A stretch of DNA of 63,470 bases, filler included, from Phoronis australis (Eukaryota > Animalia > Phoronida), in assembly GCA_002633005.1 (NCBI GenBank). It is 10 parts of 10 records of this genome, joined end to end, with 100 filler letters (N's around TTAATTAATTAA, not from the genome) between each part and the next. Parts side by side here need not be neighbours in the genome. Positions count along the whole stretch, not along the records: positions 11,175 to 15,864 come from NMRA01002515.1; positions 15,965 to 32,389 come from NMRA01000408.1; 8 more parts are not named here. The stretch is one strand, 5' to 3'. Of the stretch, positions 12,528 to 26,890 are shown one piece after another. The notes under the pieces are model-generated. The model saw only the letters and a program-made list of their open reading frames with translations, was not told the origin of the DNA and did not search any database. Position numbers and translations under genes: made by a program. Every line of letters begins with the position of its first letter. Position 1 is the stretch's first letter.

Positions 12528-12725
12528 CAACATGAGTTGCTCCAGCACTATCAGCTGAGCGGTAAAAACGAGTACAGAGTGAAGAAGATCGAGATGGGCC
12601 GGTTTGAGATGGACATCTGGTACACGTCACCATACCCGGAGGAATACGCTAGGCTTCCCAAGCTTTATCTCTGTGAGTTCTGTCTCAAGTATATGAAGTC
12701 GTCGGTCATCGCCAGGCGACACATG
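12528..12725 (+). CDS. KAT7: MYST histone acetyltransferase KAT7/HBO1, exon (C2HC zinc finger, [28 protein letters not shown])
   Basis: ttgcag acceptor, gtaag donor, 66 codons; matches the KAT7-type MYST domain sequence. Confidence 0.92.
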
Positions 12726-14160
12726 GTAAGGACTAGAGGCCTGAGTTAGTTTGAATTGGGTGCTGTAGCGCTCAGTCTTTCTCTGATTACGGAAAAATTC
12801 CGGCAGTTTTTGACAAATTGTGGTAGAAATATGAATAATTTGTCATTTTTTCATAATTTATTATTGACACCATATTATTGCTTATTAGATTTTTAAGTAC
12901 GATAAAAATTCCCCAGTTTGGGATAGTTATTTTACTCAGGGTCTGTGCTTGTCCCAAATTTTAGAAACAGGCAATATTGGATGTCTCAAATTCCAGAATC
13001 ACCGAAAAGACAGCAAAATTACCTACTTTGTATATTGAAAACACACATTGCCCAAAATTTGAGAAACATGGCGAATGAGGAAATCGCCCTTGTCCCACCA
13101 AATTCCAGAGACTGAAGCAAGTTGGAGAGTTTTTACCAACGGTAGTTCTTTTCCATAGCTACCATCAGACAATGTTTTCTGTGATTGTTAACATTCACTA
13201 CTTGGAAATGAAAAAAAGACAAGGTCAGTCAATTATTTGCATTGGAACTTGGCGAGAACTGACCATAGTGAGGCAGTCGTAAGAATATTTAATACGTTTC
13301 CCCTCACTAAACTATCGTTCTTCTGATATGGGTGGGTAGGTTGGTAAATTGTTTTCAATTTTTCGTATCGTTACAACTATAGCATGTTCTTTGTGGTTGT
13401 TACCAAACATTCTCTGCTGCAGTAATTCTTGTCCCACATTGATGAATTTTTATCACAGCTGCAAAGTTTATAAGTTAACAAGGTCAAAGATGAAATACGC
13501 AGCCATGGAGGTGAGGACTAGTTAAAACATGGAGTGCAGCTGGGTTTAAATAAATTATTACATAAATAAATTATTACATATGAATACCGGTTGCGCTTCA
13601 TTTTGTGGCCATTATTGAATGGGTGCCTCACTGGAAGTTCAAGTAACCCAAACTATAATACTTGGTCGAATATCGTGGTTGTATCATCAAACGAGCCTTG
13701 GGAGTTCTAAGGTTAGTTGGACCTGCTGTGCTAATTTGCAGATTTATTGCTTAGTCTCATTGGGTTGGATGGTGAAGGGTTTTCTTTAGGCCATCTAAGA
13801 CATATCATGGCAAGTGAACATGGACATGATTGCTACTCAGTAAGCCAGTAAAAGAATTTGAACAGAGGCAGCAACAGAGAAGTGTTGTCTGTGCAGCCCG
13901 GCCACCACTGTAATGAATGTCTACTTATTTAGCGCTAGAAGGTCTTGTTACCAAGTGAAATCAGAGCAATTTTCATGTTACGTTAACTTTTAGCTCTATT
14001 CATCATTGTGAGGAGAAATGATTGAAGAAAAATTTTCCTTTGAAAAGCTTTAGCCCAGTACATGAGTTTTCATGCGAGGCAACTAAGCTTATGACCATGT
14101 CTACTCTTTTAGCCAGTAAAGAATTTTGCAATGAGTTGGCAATTGAACTGGTTCGCTTAA

Positions 14161-14442
<282 letters not shown>

Positions 14443-15149
14443 TAAATTCAACAAGTTTGAAAATACGCAACCTTATTAGAGCTTAGCCTATATTATTAGC
14501 TTGCTAAGCTCAAATGGCTGTACTAGGTTTGCGGTAGAACTCTTTTGTTTTACTGCACTAGAGTGTGCAGCGTGGGCTACATTGGTCACTTGTGAATAAG
14601 TCATCGATTGTTTGTTCTGATCACCAGTGTGTAAGAAAAGGAGTTTTGCTTGATGCCGAAACTTGAAACAACTGTCAGCTTGAATTATGTAATTGACCAA
14701 CAGTCTTATTCTACAATAGGGGGTATCTCAGCTATTTTTGGTACACACCTTCGACCATGTTAACATGATTGACTGACGGGTTTGGAAGAAACTGAGAAGT
14801 CCTTGCTGCTGTAAACTTGACTGAATAAGTTGGCTTGAATGGCCCGTCATTTTATGCACCTATAGCATTATGGCTGGTTCTCTGGTTGAACAATAGAAGG
14901 AGTTACTAGTTACGTTTGTTTTATTCATTTATTTCTCTGGTGGAGCATCACTTTGCTAATTAAAAAAAGAATAAAAATTAAGGTACTACATGGAAACGAG
15001 CTGAAAAAATATTGAACAACATTTTCTACAGGAACGTGATTTCTAGTCATGGCTATTTATCACTGAAACAGTAACATGCTGAATTTTGCTAGCTTTGACT
15101 GCTTGGAAATATTCTCGAAGTATTTGCAGTGTTTTAAATCTGTGGTTAA

Positions 15150-15269
<120 letters not shown>

Positions 15270-15816
15270 TAGAGTTCAAGACAAAAGTAGTCGGACAAAC
15301 TACTATTTCCCTGTCATGACAGCAAATTTTGTTAACAGCAAAAAATGCATCATTATTATGATGGTAACTTCAGTTGTCGGTGCTTACTCAGCTTTTGGCT
15401 ATAGTCTCATACAACGTGCCCAGATTTTGAGAACCAGTTGATGCCCGTTGTTGAGTGGAGAAAACTGGTTCTCAAAATGCAGGCACTTTATATCTGTCTA
15501 TTACCCAGTTTTTCAATGTCAAAAGTGACTGTTGTGTGTGTAACTTGTGATTAAGGAAAACTTCAGTACTACTTTAATGATAATCAGCGCTGTTATAATC
15601 GATTTCCAAAACCTTCACTAATGGAGGTAAAAATGGAATATCACGAAATACTGTACTGAGGGTGTGATGAAGAGATTGGATGAAAGTGAACTGCTCCTCG
15701 AGCCTCGTGTACTGAACAAAACTTTTTATTGTGAAGTCTGCAGGTAAGGTGACGGAATGGAGTAGTACGGGGTTCAGGCAGTTCTGGTAGTTACTCTGTA
15801 TCACTTTATTTCGAAG

Positions 15817-15864
15817 GTTATTTACTTAGCAAGAAAGAGGAGAAGATTGGCTCACCTGAGCGAC
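15817..15864 (+). CDS. KAT7: KAT7 exon, partial: SYLLSKKEEKIGSPER (catalytic Glu), cut by contig end
   Basis: Phase-1 junction with the previous exon; GSPERP motif. Confidence 0.9.
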
Positions 15865-15964
15865 NNNNNNNNNNNNNNNNNNNNNNNNNNNNNNNNNNNN
15901 NNNNNNNNTTAATTAATTAANNNNNNNNNNNNNNNNNNNNNNNNNNNNNNNNNNNNNNNNNNNN
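15865..15964. other. Artificial contig-joining spacer
   Basis: N44-TTAATTAATTAA-N44. Confidence 0.97.
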
Positions 15965-18900
15965 GAGAGAGAGAGAGAGGGCTTAGTTACATTAATCAAA
16001 ATACAAAAATAGCTTTGCAAATTCAAAAATTTAATATGAAGTTCACTACTATTTAAGAAAATGAGTGAACAAAGGATTTCGTCGTCAATTAAAAGCACCT
16101 TTCAGATATCTAGGCAGGTCATTATTACATAAAATGACAGTTTTAATATGAAGACTGAGATTTCCAAAACACATTGGGATCAAAGTGATCTACATGTACG
16201 ATATCTGATCAAACAGGACCGAAAGTAGTTTTCATTAATAACTTCATAACGGATCATTATTGCTTACCAGTCTTAATTAGTTGGTTTGACACGCACGACT
16301 GTCATTTTATGCGCTGAGCACGCTCTCAAGTACTCACGACCTTTCAGTTATTTCATGGCTCAGAAATCATTTTTCATTTGAGTTTGGAAAAGTTGAAACG
16401 AGTTTTATCGGGCGAAGGTAATGCAAACGAAAAGTTATTTGGCGGCCTAATGCGGGTTCATCATAGCCGATTGCAGAGGTATGGGTCAAAAGATAGATTC
16501 GATTACCCGTCGACGCATTTCGTATTTCATTCCGAATTCTCAGCTTTATTTCTGTGAGCATCATTTTGAAGTTGATGGAAAGCTGCCGCCCAAAGAGACT
16601 ATAAAATTAGATTTAATACACAACTTACTACCTGTTTTATATGGACGAGAGGTTTTCTGAAATCTTAAGGAGCCAACAAAGCACTACTTACATTGGGCAT
16701 TGGCCAATGCCACGAGACATGCGACCGTAGAAAATAATAACATAGTGGTGACTCTAACAAGTATCCGCCGGGGATGGGCAAGGTAGGGCGAGGCCCAATT
16801 TATACCAAAAGGCTTATCATCCCCGTAATCAGTCCAAAATAAAATTCTGCCGGTTCCCAGTGTGGGCCCCGATAAATGTCATATTTTTAAACGCCATGGG
16901 CCACGTGCTCCAAGGCCCACACAAACTGTGTAATGTGTTCGTGAACAACTGAACACATGCCGAGTAAAAATCTATCATAACGGTAACAAAACTTCTTACG
17001 AACAATGTGTTCGTACGAGTATCCCAGGTCTCATGAAATTCGGAGTTTGTAGACATTCGTAGAGTGTCTTGTGGTTTTATTAGTTCGCACCAACCACAGT
17101 TACCCTACATTAGGCATGAGAGTAACTACAGGTATTCCTGATACATGTATAAAAGGGTACTGTGCGGTCATGCAATGACCAAGGAATTCTATGTAATGGT
17201 GCAATGACTTTTAAAAGGATGCTAAACCCTGTTTTGACGATTTCTGCCAATCCGTTCTGCATCATTGGCGTCATTTGCGACAAATAAAAGCAAGAATCAA
17301 CTAAAAACTTATACTCCCGATGTCGCAGATTGGATATTATGGTTCTTGTTGGGTGATCTTTCCCCATAGCTGTCATGTAATTCGCTAAAAGCGTAGGTCA
17401 CTCTTGCCCACTTAGCAGACTTCTAAAGAAATTTTGTAATTTTCCTCCTGGTGTGTTTTGAAGATTTAATGCAGAACCAGAAAGCTGTATATTTAAAATC
17501 CTTGATGATTATAAAATGTTGTGATGTGCACGGAAGCAGCTGCCAAATGCTTGTTATCGCAGGAACATATTTCTTTACATGCATAAAATGCTGCTATTTT
17601 TTTCTGGATATCACCGAATTTTCACAAAGTTTTTCGCACAAAATTTGAAAAATCTGTGCTTCTTTGTTCAATTAACAGTGCATGATCAGGGACATCGTCG
17701 GTTTTAATGCCGAAAATCAGATTTTTTGGATATACATAATTATTTAGACTTCTTGAAGTCATTAACATAACATACATGTATAGCCTCGCACGTCTTTCTG
17801 TAAGCGGAAATAATACGATACAGTTGTAATATTTGTGATTTTGTTACAAGTCTCTATTTCTCATCATCGTCTACCTCATATTCCCTGAAATCAAGGCCGG
17901 CGAAGTTACCAGTTAACTTAAAATCACGTGTATTACTCTGCCTTTTAGCCAGTATGATTTTGCCGTCCGCCATCACAGCATTCAAGCTGACCGCGGGTCA
18001 TGGTCATGAAATCCATGATGCATATTCTTGCTAATTTTGATTTCGTGGTAGTATCGATATTATTGCTTTATTAACAGATTCTTGCTGTTGAAGTCAACTT
18101 GTTTAGACTTTTAGTTGAGTCAGTGCCCCTTCCGGTGTATCTATATATTTCGAACCTGTACTTCATGTTTTAGGAACCGATACATGTTCGAGGTCAGAAC
18201 TTCGTGGTTATTTAGGTTAATACTTCGTGAACCGAACTGATAAACTCTGATTCGTCTACAGTTAATGAGATTTTCGACAGTCAGTGGAAACTTTCAAAAA
18301 GTAAATTTTAAAATTAAGCAAAAAATAATCAATTGATAAAATAACTAATTGATGGTCAGTTTTCGGAAAAGGTAAGTAACTGTAACTACCCAGTGCTTCC
18401 AATTTTATACAATAAAAGACGCCTATATTGTGATGATAAATACACAGTAAAGCAGCGATAACAACTATTCGGGACTTTTTAAGCTTAAAGAGTTTCAGTG
18501 AGTTAAGACAAAAGTTCAAGATGATGACGCCGGGATGTAAATAGTATCTTAAATACTAAGTAGATGGCACCTAAATAATTACTTTACGCCTCTAACAAGA
18601 ATTAACTTGCGCACGTAATTTACGTGTGTAACGTTTACACATTTGGCCAGCGATAGAAATGCGCCCAAGACAGCACAGCGAACAGTATGCTTCAAGGATT
18701 GTTTATTAGTCACATCATACAATTTATGAAATAAAAAGGCCACAAATGGGGCACCACGTAAGAAAAATCATCTGTTTTTATGAAACTTTTATGAAATGAT
18801 ACACTAAGCATTGAAAATCACAAAAACACCCAGCTGTGGGCCTAAATATAATTGTGGAGGACGCTTGCCCAAGAAGAAGAACTATTAAAGAGTAATTACC

Positions 18901-20651
18901 CAGTAACGAGCGACATAGCAAGAGTGTTTGTTTGTAGACCCAGTTATGAAACATTATACCGAGAATACTGAGAATGTTCTTCTCACGTATTTCACTCAAA
19001 TCTTGCTTCAGGTTGGGTGAAAATAAAACACGCAGCATTAGTTTTGACATTCCTCATACCGTAGATGGACGTCAGAGTTCAGTAGCTATACATATTTCCC
19101 TTCTACTCTTGGAGCGAAGTTGCAAGGATGATGCACCCCACGGAGGTATCGGATAGGTTGCACCCACTCACGAAAAAGTGCATTTTACTGAAACGTGCAA
19201 TCATTATTAATAAATCTTGGTATCTGAATCAAATTGTCCGCGTGCTAGCAATCGCTTTAAAATAAGATGCATAATTATCAATCGCACCTAAGTTCCGTCT
19301 ATTGCGCGCCTTTGATCATATTTTGCTTGCTGATAATGTGTAACACAATCGAGGCGTTCCACCAAATTTCAAAAACCAACGCGAAAGTTTGTTATCGAAA
19401 TCCCACTGACGTGATTCCGGTCAAAATCAGTTTAACTAATGCTATACACGCATAACGCACAACTTTCGAAAGCAAGATGAATACAAATTTCCAAGCAAAT
19501 TTTGAGTTTTAACTGTAAACCAGAAATTGATTAGACTTATACTAGTTCGTTCTGCACACTATAATAAATATGGAACGATTATATACAAAGCAATTACTTA
19601 AGTTCCTTTCAAATAATAGAACTCTTGCAGTGTTTGAAACAAAAGCAGTCACACGCAAACCTAACACTTTTATATTCTTGAAATTACAAATAACGTAGAA
19701 AATATATCTGAAACTAAATAAGGCGATCCAGATTCTCCCAAGGATACTAATTTCAGTTGATCCATTCTTGTTACTTGTCACGAAATTTGCACACAACATG
19801 TAGATCGGGAATCACTGGAACGCTATTGTTTTTGGTCATGATCGGATACAAAATGGCGGACGTGGCGGCCATTTTGTATCCGATTTCACAGTCAAATACT
19901 CGTAGAGGCCGCATTTTTCGACCTACATGGCTGAAAATCGGTACGAATATACTAGAACGCATGTGCTACAATTGTGCAGAAAATCGTTGACTTCCGGTTA
20001 AAGATGGCGGAAATATTGGACGTGGCGCATGCGCACCCCGAAATATGGCTAAAAACGTTTTCTCCTGTAGAGGGCGCAATTGCAAACCAATCACTTTCAA
20101 ACTGGTCACGTGTTTGTTGAGTTTAATAAGCTTTTATAAAAAAATTGTTGAACCGGAAGTCACCTTCAAGATGGCGGCTGTGGGGCATGTTCACACGGTT
20201 TCAATCGCTCTGCTGTCGCATTTTTTATGGGAAGAGCAAATGACGTGAATTTTTGCATGTGGATTCCTTGAAGTATGGCCTTTCAAAAAGTCTGCGAGAG
20301 CGTATTTCTCAGACTTACCGTTTTCGAGTTATTTGACTTTGAATTTCAAAAAAACGGCAAATTTTCAATTTTCTCGAAAAATTTTTGGATTTTTGCCAAA
20401 CTACCACTTTAGATAGAGATTTGAACGGGCTTTCATTGTTTTATTTACCGATTTATATTCTGAAATTACAAGAAATACCTAACAAAACCTTTTTTAAATG
20501 TAGCTAACCCCAACAAAACATAAAACAATTCGTGATGTGAGATCGTCCTCTATGGAGTATTTTGTGCCTCGAGCGATACAAAGGTCTCGCCTAATCACAC
20601 GTTTCTTGCATTTTGGGTAATGCGCGAAATGTTACTATGTGGGCATAAATG

Positions 20652-20884
20652 CATGCGCGGACCCATGGGGGCCCGGGGAAGTGGGCAAAAATGTCCACCT
20701 TAGAGAAACAAAAACTCCGAAAAAAGTACTAGAAAACAGGACAATCGCGCACTAAAAAGGCTGGAACTACCAAAAATCAGCGAATAGACAATTCATAGCT
20801 CTGAACGTACCACGTGAATATTAGTAAAAGTTCCACATTCTCAAAAATTCTAGCCCCCAATATTATAGGCTGCGTGCGCGCATG
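20652..20884. mobile_element. MITE with CATGCGCG...CGCGCATG termini
   Basis: Inverted termini; related ends at about 9607, 25921-26155, 30832 and 35269-35410. Confidence 0.6.
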
Positions 20885-21077
20885 AAATGCACACCGGAAC
20901 CCTTCCGTTGAAAATCTACACGTATTTATATATGTAACAAAAATTAAAGGTCACCAAACCCAAGTGTTTGGAATGGAGTAATGGAAACTCAAATGCACGA
21001 GGTGGCACAGAAGACCACTCTAGCTGCGCTCAAAAGGTGGCACTGCAGACAGCTGAAGCCTCGGGGGAAAGCTTAAT

Positions 21078-21398
21078 TACTGTCGTTGGACAAATGAGTG
21101 AACGTTACGCACGTAAATTACGTGAGTAAAGTAATTCCCGTTAGAGGCATAAATTATTTAGTTGGGGTGTAAAGTAACTACTAACGGTGTAAAGTAATTC
21201 TTTGCGGCGTAAAGTAACTTTTAATGGCGTAAAATTATTATATGCGGCGGAGTAAAGTAACATTTATCGGCATAAAGTAATTATTTGATGCGTAAAGTAT
21301 ATAGTTTAGTGTGCAAATTACTTTACGCCTCTAACAAGAATTAACTTACGCACGTAATTTAGGTGCGTAACGCTCACCCATTTGGCTAACGATAATTC
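21078..21398. repeat. Foldback element: inverted arms of about 75 bp around an internal tandem array of about 20 bp (GCGTAAAGTAA)
   Basis: 21080-21155 is the reverse complement of 21320-21395; another copy of the arm is at 18577-18655. Confidence 0.75.
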
Positions 21399-22882
21399 AT
21401 ACACGGCTAAGAGACCAGGAAATGGTGGCACTGCAGACAAATGTATTTATGCCTTCTGATTTGTCTCCCTTACCACGTGGTGGATGACATAAAATTGTGT
21501 ACTGCAGTTTTATCCTTATGTAACACTCTCTAATTTATATACACCTTCTCTATCATCACACGTCATTTAAGTGTTTTTGATATTAGAAAATTGTTGTTTT
21601 TCTTGTGTAAAAATGGGATCATTCCGTTTCGAATTTTTAAAGGTCAATAGGTCAAATTCTAAGAGCAACTTTGTTCATAGAGTTTAAGGTGATTCTGAAA
21701 TATGATCCCTAGATTAACTTTTGCAGATTTGTTTTGGCTTTCTCATGGAATGGAGGTATCTACTTGGTGTTTGAAAAATTATCAGACAGACCGCCTCAAA
21801 ATCGGCCACTAAAGTATTTGATTGGAATTTACTTCCGTCTCAGGGAAAAATCCAGAGAAGGTACTGTACTAGAGAAAAATCTTCAAAAATCATATAACTG
21901 ACCCGTCCTTCCGCAAACTGACCACGTCCATTCACTCGTGGAATTTTATGTCCTTTTCCATTTTCAAAACACACGAGAACTGAACATACTTCGAAAGAAA
22001 ATCAAACTGAGTAATAGAGGAGCAGCAGACCACAATGGAATTCATAGAATTGCTCAGCTTCCCCCCACGCTCTAAACGACCCCAAAACAACTTACTCAAC
22101 TGGTTAACAGATGCTCTTTGAACCCTTTTTATGTTTTTTTATTCCTGTCGTTTACGAAAAGAGTTATAAAATGGTAGTCAGTAATTATGTCGTCCCACCG
22201 CTTAATTCAATATTGGGATGTAACCGTCTTGAAGATAGTTAAAATATGACCCAAATATTCGACCCCCCTGCGCTCGAGTCATTTGAAATGACCGGTGCTA
22301 CCAACTTGGTTTTGATTTGTATTGCGAATGAGCTTAGCAACGTAACTTCGGCTGACTTTTCAAAATAATCTGGCTCGTGGCTAACTTGCAAAGTTAGACA
22401 GAACCATAATCGCCACGTATCGCCAGTTTTCACACTGCACAACCGAACAACACTAACTTAAAGCCGCTATACCGTGTTCTAACGTTAAACACTTCAACTT
22501 GCTTCAAAGACATACTTGCTCTTCAAAAGCAACGCCGTCGATTTCTTGTCCTTTGTTGGAACTAAGTATGCTTCCATAAATCCCACATAATTCTTCTGAC
22601 GACCATGCTGCTTATGGGCTGAAACTATCCTGCCGTGACTCAGCAACTGAAAAGCCCTGCCACCTCTCAAGTCTAGAAATCACTTATAACCTGAGTAACT
22701 AAGCAACACCTGAAACTTATTTCAAAACACGAGGTGTCCTAATTCAAAAGTTGTTTTTCGATAGGAGGCACGGATTTATTTCTTCTTTAAAATCATTGGA
22801 TTTTTTGTTACTCTTATTCAAAACTTAGAACATTGTCAATGATGCAATTTTATTCCTCGTTTCTTCCATATCCGTTCCTTTT

Positions 22883-23097
22883 TCAGTTTCCTTTCCAGTT
22901 TCCTTTCCCGTTTCCTTTCCCGTTTCCGTTTCCCTTTCCGTTTCCTTTTCCGTTTCCATTTCCGTTTCCATTTCCGTTCCCATTTCCGTTTCCTTTTCCG
23001 TTTCCTTTGTTTCCCTTCTGATTTCTAGAATATCGCCTCCTCTCTCCGTCAATCCAGCTCCTCAAAGTGGTGACACGTGCGTACACGCCAGGATTAC
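22883..23097 (-). CDS. Trypsin-like serine protease, last coding exon (GNPGVYARVTTLRSWID) plus Gly-Asn/Gly-Lys repeat tail
   Basis: ttctag acceptor, phase matches exon 25278-25368; canonical PGVYxRV..xxxWI; TGA at 22883-22885. Confidence 0.9.
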
Positions 23098-23399
23098 CTA
23101 GAAAGTGTTACTGTTTCTGGATTATCGTCATATAACTATAATTCAATGAGCATTTTCACAGTAAAATTGAGCCTGGTTTTAATTAATTTTGCTGAAATGA
23201 CTATCCATATCTCCCTCTATTAACCACCAAGTGCAACACTAGGCATTGATACAATGTGTTTATCACCACAAAGTCACACTAGTTGATTACATTAAAAAAT
23301 ACCACAAGAAGCAACGATAATGAACGTAAAGCAGCCTTCAACCCGCGCACATGCAATTTAGACCGTTAGTGGAAACTGGCACTGTTGCACACAGAAATC

Positions 23400-23680
23400 A
23401 CAGGAGTTTGTGTCCAACTATAACTGGAACTGAACTGGACACCAACTCAAAATGCCTTGTAATGACGAAGATTGACGTCCTACGACAGAACTCGGTCATC
23501 AGATGGTCTGGGTGGTATACGGACGGCTCTAAGTTTGAAAATGGTCAAACTGGTACCGGAATCTATTTTCATAGTCTTCCTTTCCGAGCGTGCACACTAC
23601 ATGGGCACAATCTACAAATATTACGGATTAGATACCCAAATGTGTGTAACTGAGCAAGCGTTCAGCTGGTAATTTTTTCC
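23400..23680 (+). mobile_element. RNase H remnant of a non-LTR retrotransposon, intronic
   Basis: WYTDGSKFENGQTGTGIY matches the YTDGSK....G.G RNase H motif. Confidence 0.55.
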
Positions 23681-24416
23681 GCCTTGTCTCCAAGTTTGCG
23701 TCCATACCGCCACGGCTTGTGCTAGGGCAAGTTAATTACCCTGGAGCAAGTTAACCTTCATCGATAAGTAGTATGGTATTGCACGTAAGTTGTACGACGT
23801 GTGCCAAATGACGACCATTATCATTATTGCTTAATCACAATTAACAAGTGCTTCCTTTCATTTCTAGTTAGATTTCTTCAACTTACAGGCGTAGGGTAAC
23901 CCGTAGAATGGGCGCCACTTAATTACGACAGGGAAAGGAAGATGGCGCCACTAAGCAACTTCACCACGGTAGCCCAGTCTGAAATTACTCCACTTAACAG
24001 AGCAGTGCACCATTGTCTCGTCTACAGGAGTGTGAGTTTGTTAATTGCGAGTTACCCGTTTTTGGTAGCCAAACGGTCATAAAAGCCTTACAAAAAAGTG
24101 TAAACTTGCCCAGAACAAGTCTTGAATTTATGAGCTTAACGAGCTTTCGGCCAAGAGAGTTGTCAATGCACGCTGGCACAAGGCTGATGTACGAATCAAC
24201 GGCAATAAGAAAGCAGTCAAAATTAAGAAATGAATGTAGAACTGAGAAGTTGTAACATCATTAACATAGGCTAAGGGACAAGAACCCGTATGGCGCCATC
24301 ACGTGTTTACATCTGATATTGTATTGCTCAACTGGAAATGAGTGGAGACTTGAAAACTTCTTTCCGGAAGAACCTGTTGGCCAATAGGAGGGCTAACGTG
24401 AGTTCGCCCAGCCTCC

Positions 24417-24558
24417 CGTTCAGTAACGCTAGGACCTCGCTATAAAGCAAGACTTCGCGAGATTACGAGAGATATTGCCGTGTATTTTAAATGAGAACAC
24501 GTGGTGTTGACTAGATTTCAGCTAGGTCCTAGCGTAGGTCCTAGCGTCTACTGAACGC
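24417..24558. mobile_element. Small MITE with TIR CGTTCAGTA(G)ACGCTAGGACCT
   Basis: Inverted match between 24417-24438 and 24537-24558. Confidence 0.6.
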
Positions 24559-25179
24559 ACGCCCGGTCTCTTATGGCGTGTGCGCGACTGATGCATTGCA
24601 AAGGACACCAGGGTTCATGTAACACTTTTTGAAAGAATTATCAAGGGACTTGATAGATACTGCAAGGCAAACCAAATCTGCCACTAGGGGACACAACAGG
24701 AGTTGCATTTGTCAGATGAAGTCGACGACAACTACATGTAACCCACAGTAGAAACACGATCCTTAGTGGTTCGGCTGACATAGATGTAGACACTGACATT
24801 ACGGAAGCTGATACTGTCACTAGGGGCGCAGCAGAGGTCAGATTTATCCGAAAATGAGTAGCTGCGTCCTCTTCATACAAAATATATATCTGCCAATGTT
24901 CGTGGAAATTCACCATAAAACGTGATAGATGCAGAGGCAGTCGAAAAAGTAAAATCGCTTTTTGGGGGTACAGCAACAATCGGATCCGTCCAAAAAATTA
25001 GGCGCGATTCACACTTTTTATAATAAAAGAACGTGTCGGAGAAACATCAGGATGCGTTAAGGGAGTTTGGGAGCTACCTGGTGAGAAGAGAACTCCGGAC
25101 GTTCTGCCAGACATAGATGACGTCAATATGAACCCATATATGTACATGTGGGCAGCATAGCAGTTATGCATATCGATCA

Positions 25180-25404
<225 letters not shown>

Positions 25405-26407
25405 TTATTGAAAGCTTGGACATCAAGATAAATCTAAATGTGTTCAATTTTTATTTTGTGTTCAGTCACCAATACGTGCAGTACTATCTTGAGTTACTAA
25501 GTTGCCTGATTAAATGGTCGCTACCCCTATCCTCTGAACAATTGACCTATCGCAAGCTCCGTCCCTTGAATAATGTCGACTAACAAACAATAAGTTTTAA
25601 CCGGCAACGTGTTGGTTGTCGGGTAAAATGGCGGCTTGAAAACGAAGGTGTGTCAGTAATGATGCGTTCTAAATTGTCAGTTAAGCCGTCACTCAAAATC
25701 CTGGCGATAGGTCAATTGTCAAGTTGAGGCCGTCGCAACACACAGTGTCGTAAATTTCAATGGTTATTTTCTTTATTTTTGCTGAAATAATAACCGTGTC
25801 ATTAAATACGTTCATACACTCACGCCTAAAGAATGTACGTTAAAAACGCAAGTGGAGTGATGTTGTGTCGAAAGTGTAGAAGTCGTGTACGCTGACTTGA
25901 AAAAGAGACCCTGTGCTCCATGTGCGCACCCAGCCTTTAATATGGGCGGGACTCGAATTTCTTGGCGATGTGGACCTTTTTCTGACAAAATGGCGGGAGG
26001 ACTAAAAAAAACGGGGTACCACCGTTCACTGTGCGTCTGCGCCTTTTTAGTGGAATATTTTCTCGTTTGCTAGGACTTTTTGTTTCTCTGAGGCGGACTT
26101 TTTTGCCCACTTCGCCAAATTCGAGCCCCCCGAGTCCCCCTGGGTCCGCGCATATGCTCTTGTCACGTCTGTCAGCATTACACCACCCACATCGAGTGAG
26201 TGTTAACAAACATACAACACTGGTTCTAACACAATGAATTCTGAAAATGGGTGTTTATCGAAAGTACAATAAATGCAAAACCCGAAAAAAGATGACGTTG
26301 TATCTCAGTCAACACAGACTGTAGGAATGACAGATACGTAAAGGTCTTTTGATTACAGTTTTTGATGGAGATTGTTGATAAGGTTTAAGTATCTCATATA
26401 TCGGTAC

Positions 26408-26547
26408 CTGGCAAGAGTCTTTGCCGCCTTTATCGTAACCGGCACATATCATGGTGTTGTCAACTTCTCCTGGATACATCTGGTTACACTTAGAGTTTGA
26501 AATTATGGGAACAGATACTTCCTGAAGTTTCGAGTTGTCCCCAGTGC
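26408..26547 (-). CDS. Trypsin-like protease exon TGDNSKLQEVSVPII...MICAGYDKGGKDSCQ
   Basis: tttcag/gt boundaries; Asp189 (GKDSCQ) indicates trypsin specificity. Confidence 0.95.
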
Positions 26548-26727
26548 CTGAAATATAGCAAACAGGCAGAGAACATTGGTAGGCCAAGATGTATTGCAGG
26601 TGTACAAGGCTACAGTGATGGTGTAACAGGGTAATACTGCTGTTTTCAAGGTTACAGTAAGATAGCTGAGAAATGAAATTATGAGATGACGATAATACCG
26701 ATGATGCCTGCAGTGGGAATGGCAAAC

Positions 26728-26890
26728 TACCAGGAATTTCCGTAGAAAAGCCCATGGGCGTGTATTCGGAACATGTTCAGGCGTTTTAGCAACACCAAAA
26801 TAAACACCCTGATGTTTATTCAGCATAGCTTTCTGAATAAACGCCTATGGACGTTTCATCGGGTAGGCTTATCTACGGAAAATCTCGGTA
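26728..26890. mobile_element. pogo/Tc1-like MITE (TACC..TTTCCGTAG termini)
   Basis: Inverted ends TACCAGGAATTTCCGTAG / CTACGGAAAATCTCGGTA; related copy at about 927-1030. Confidence 0.6.

Noticed and set aside
22825-23052. (FP)n and (ET/EK)n ORFs
   Set aside because: Alternative frames of the hexamer repeat; the frame continuous with the protease is the GN/GK one.
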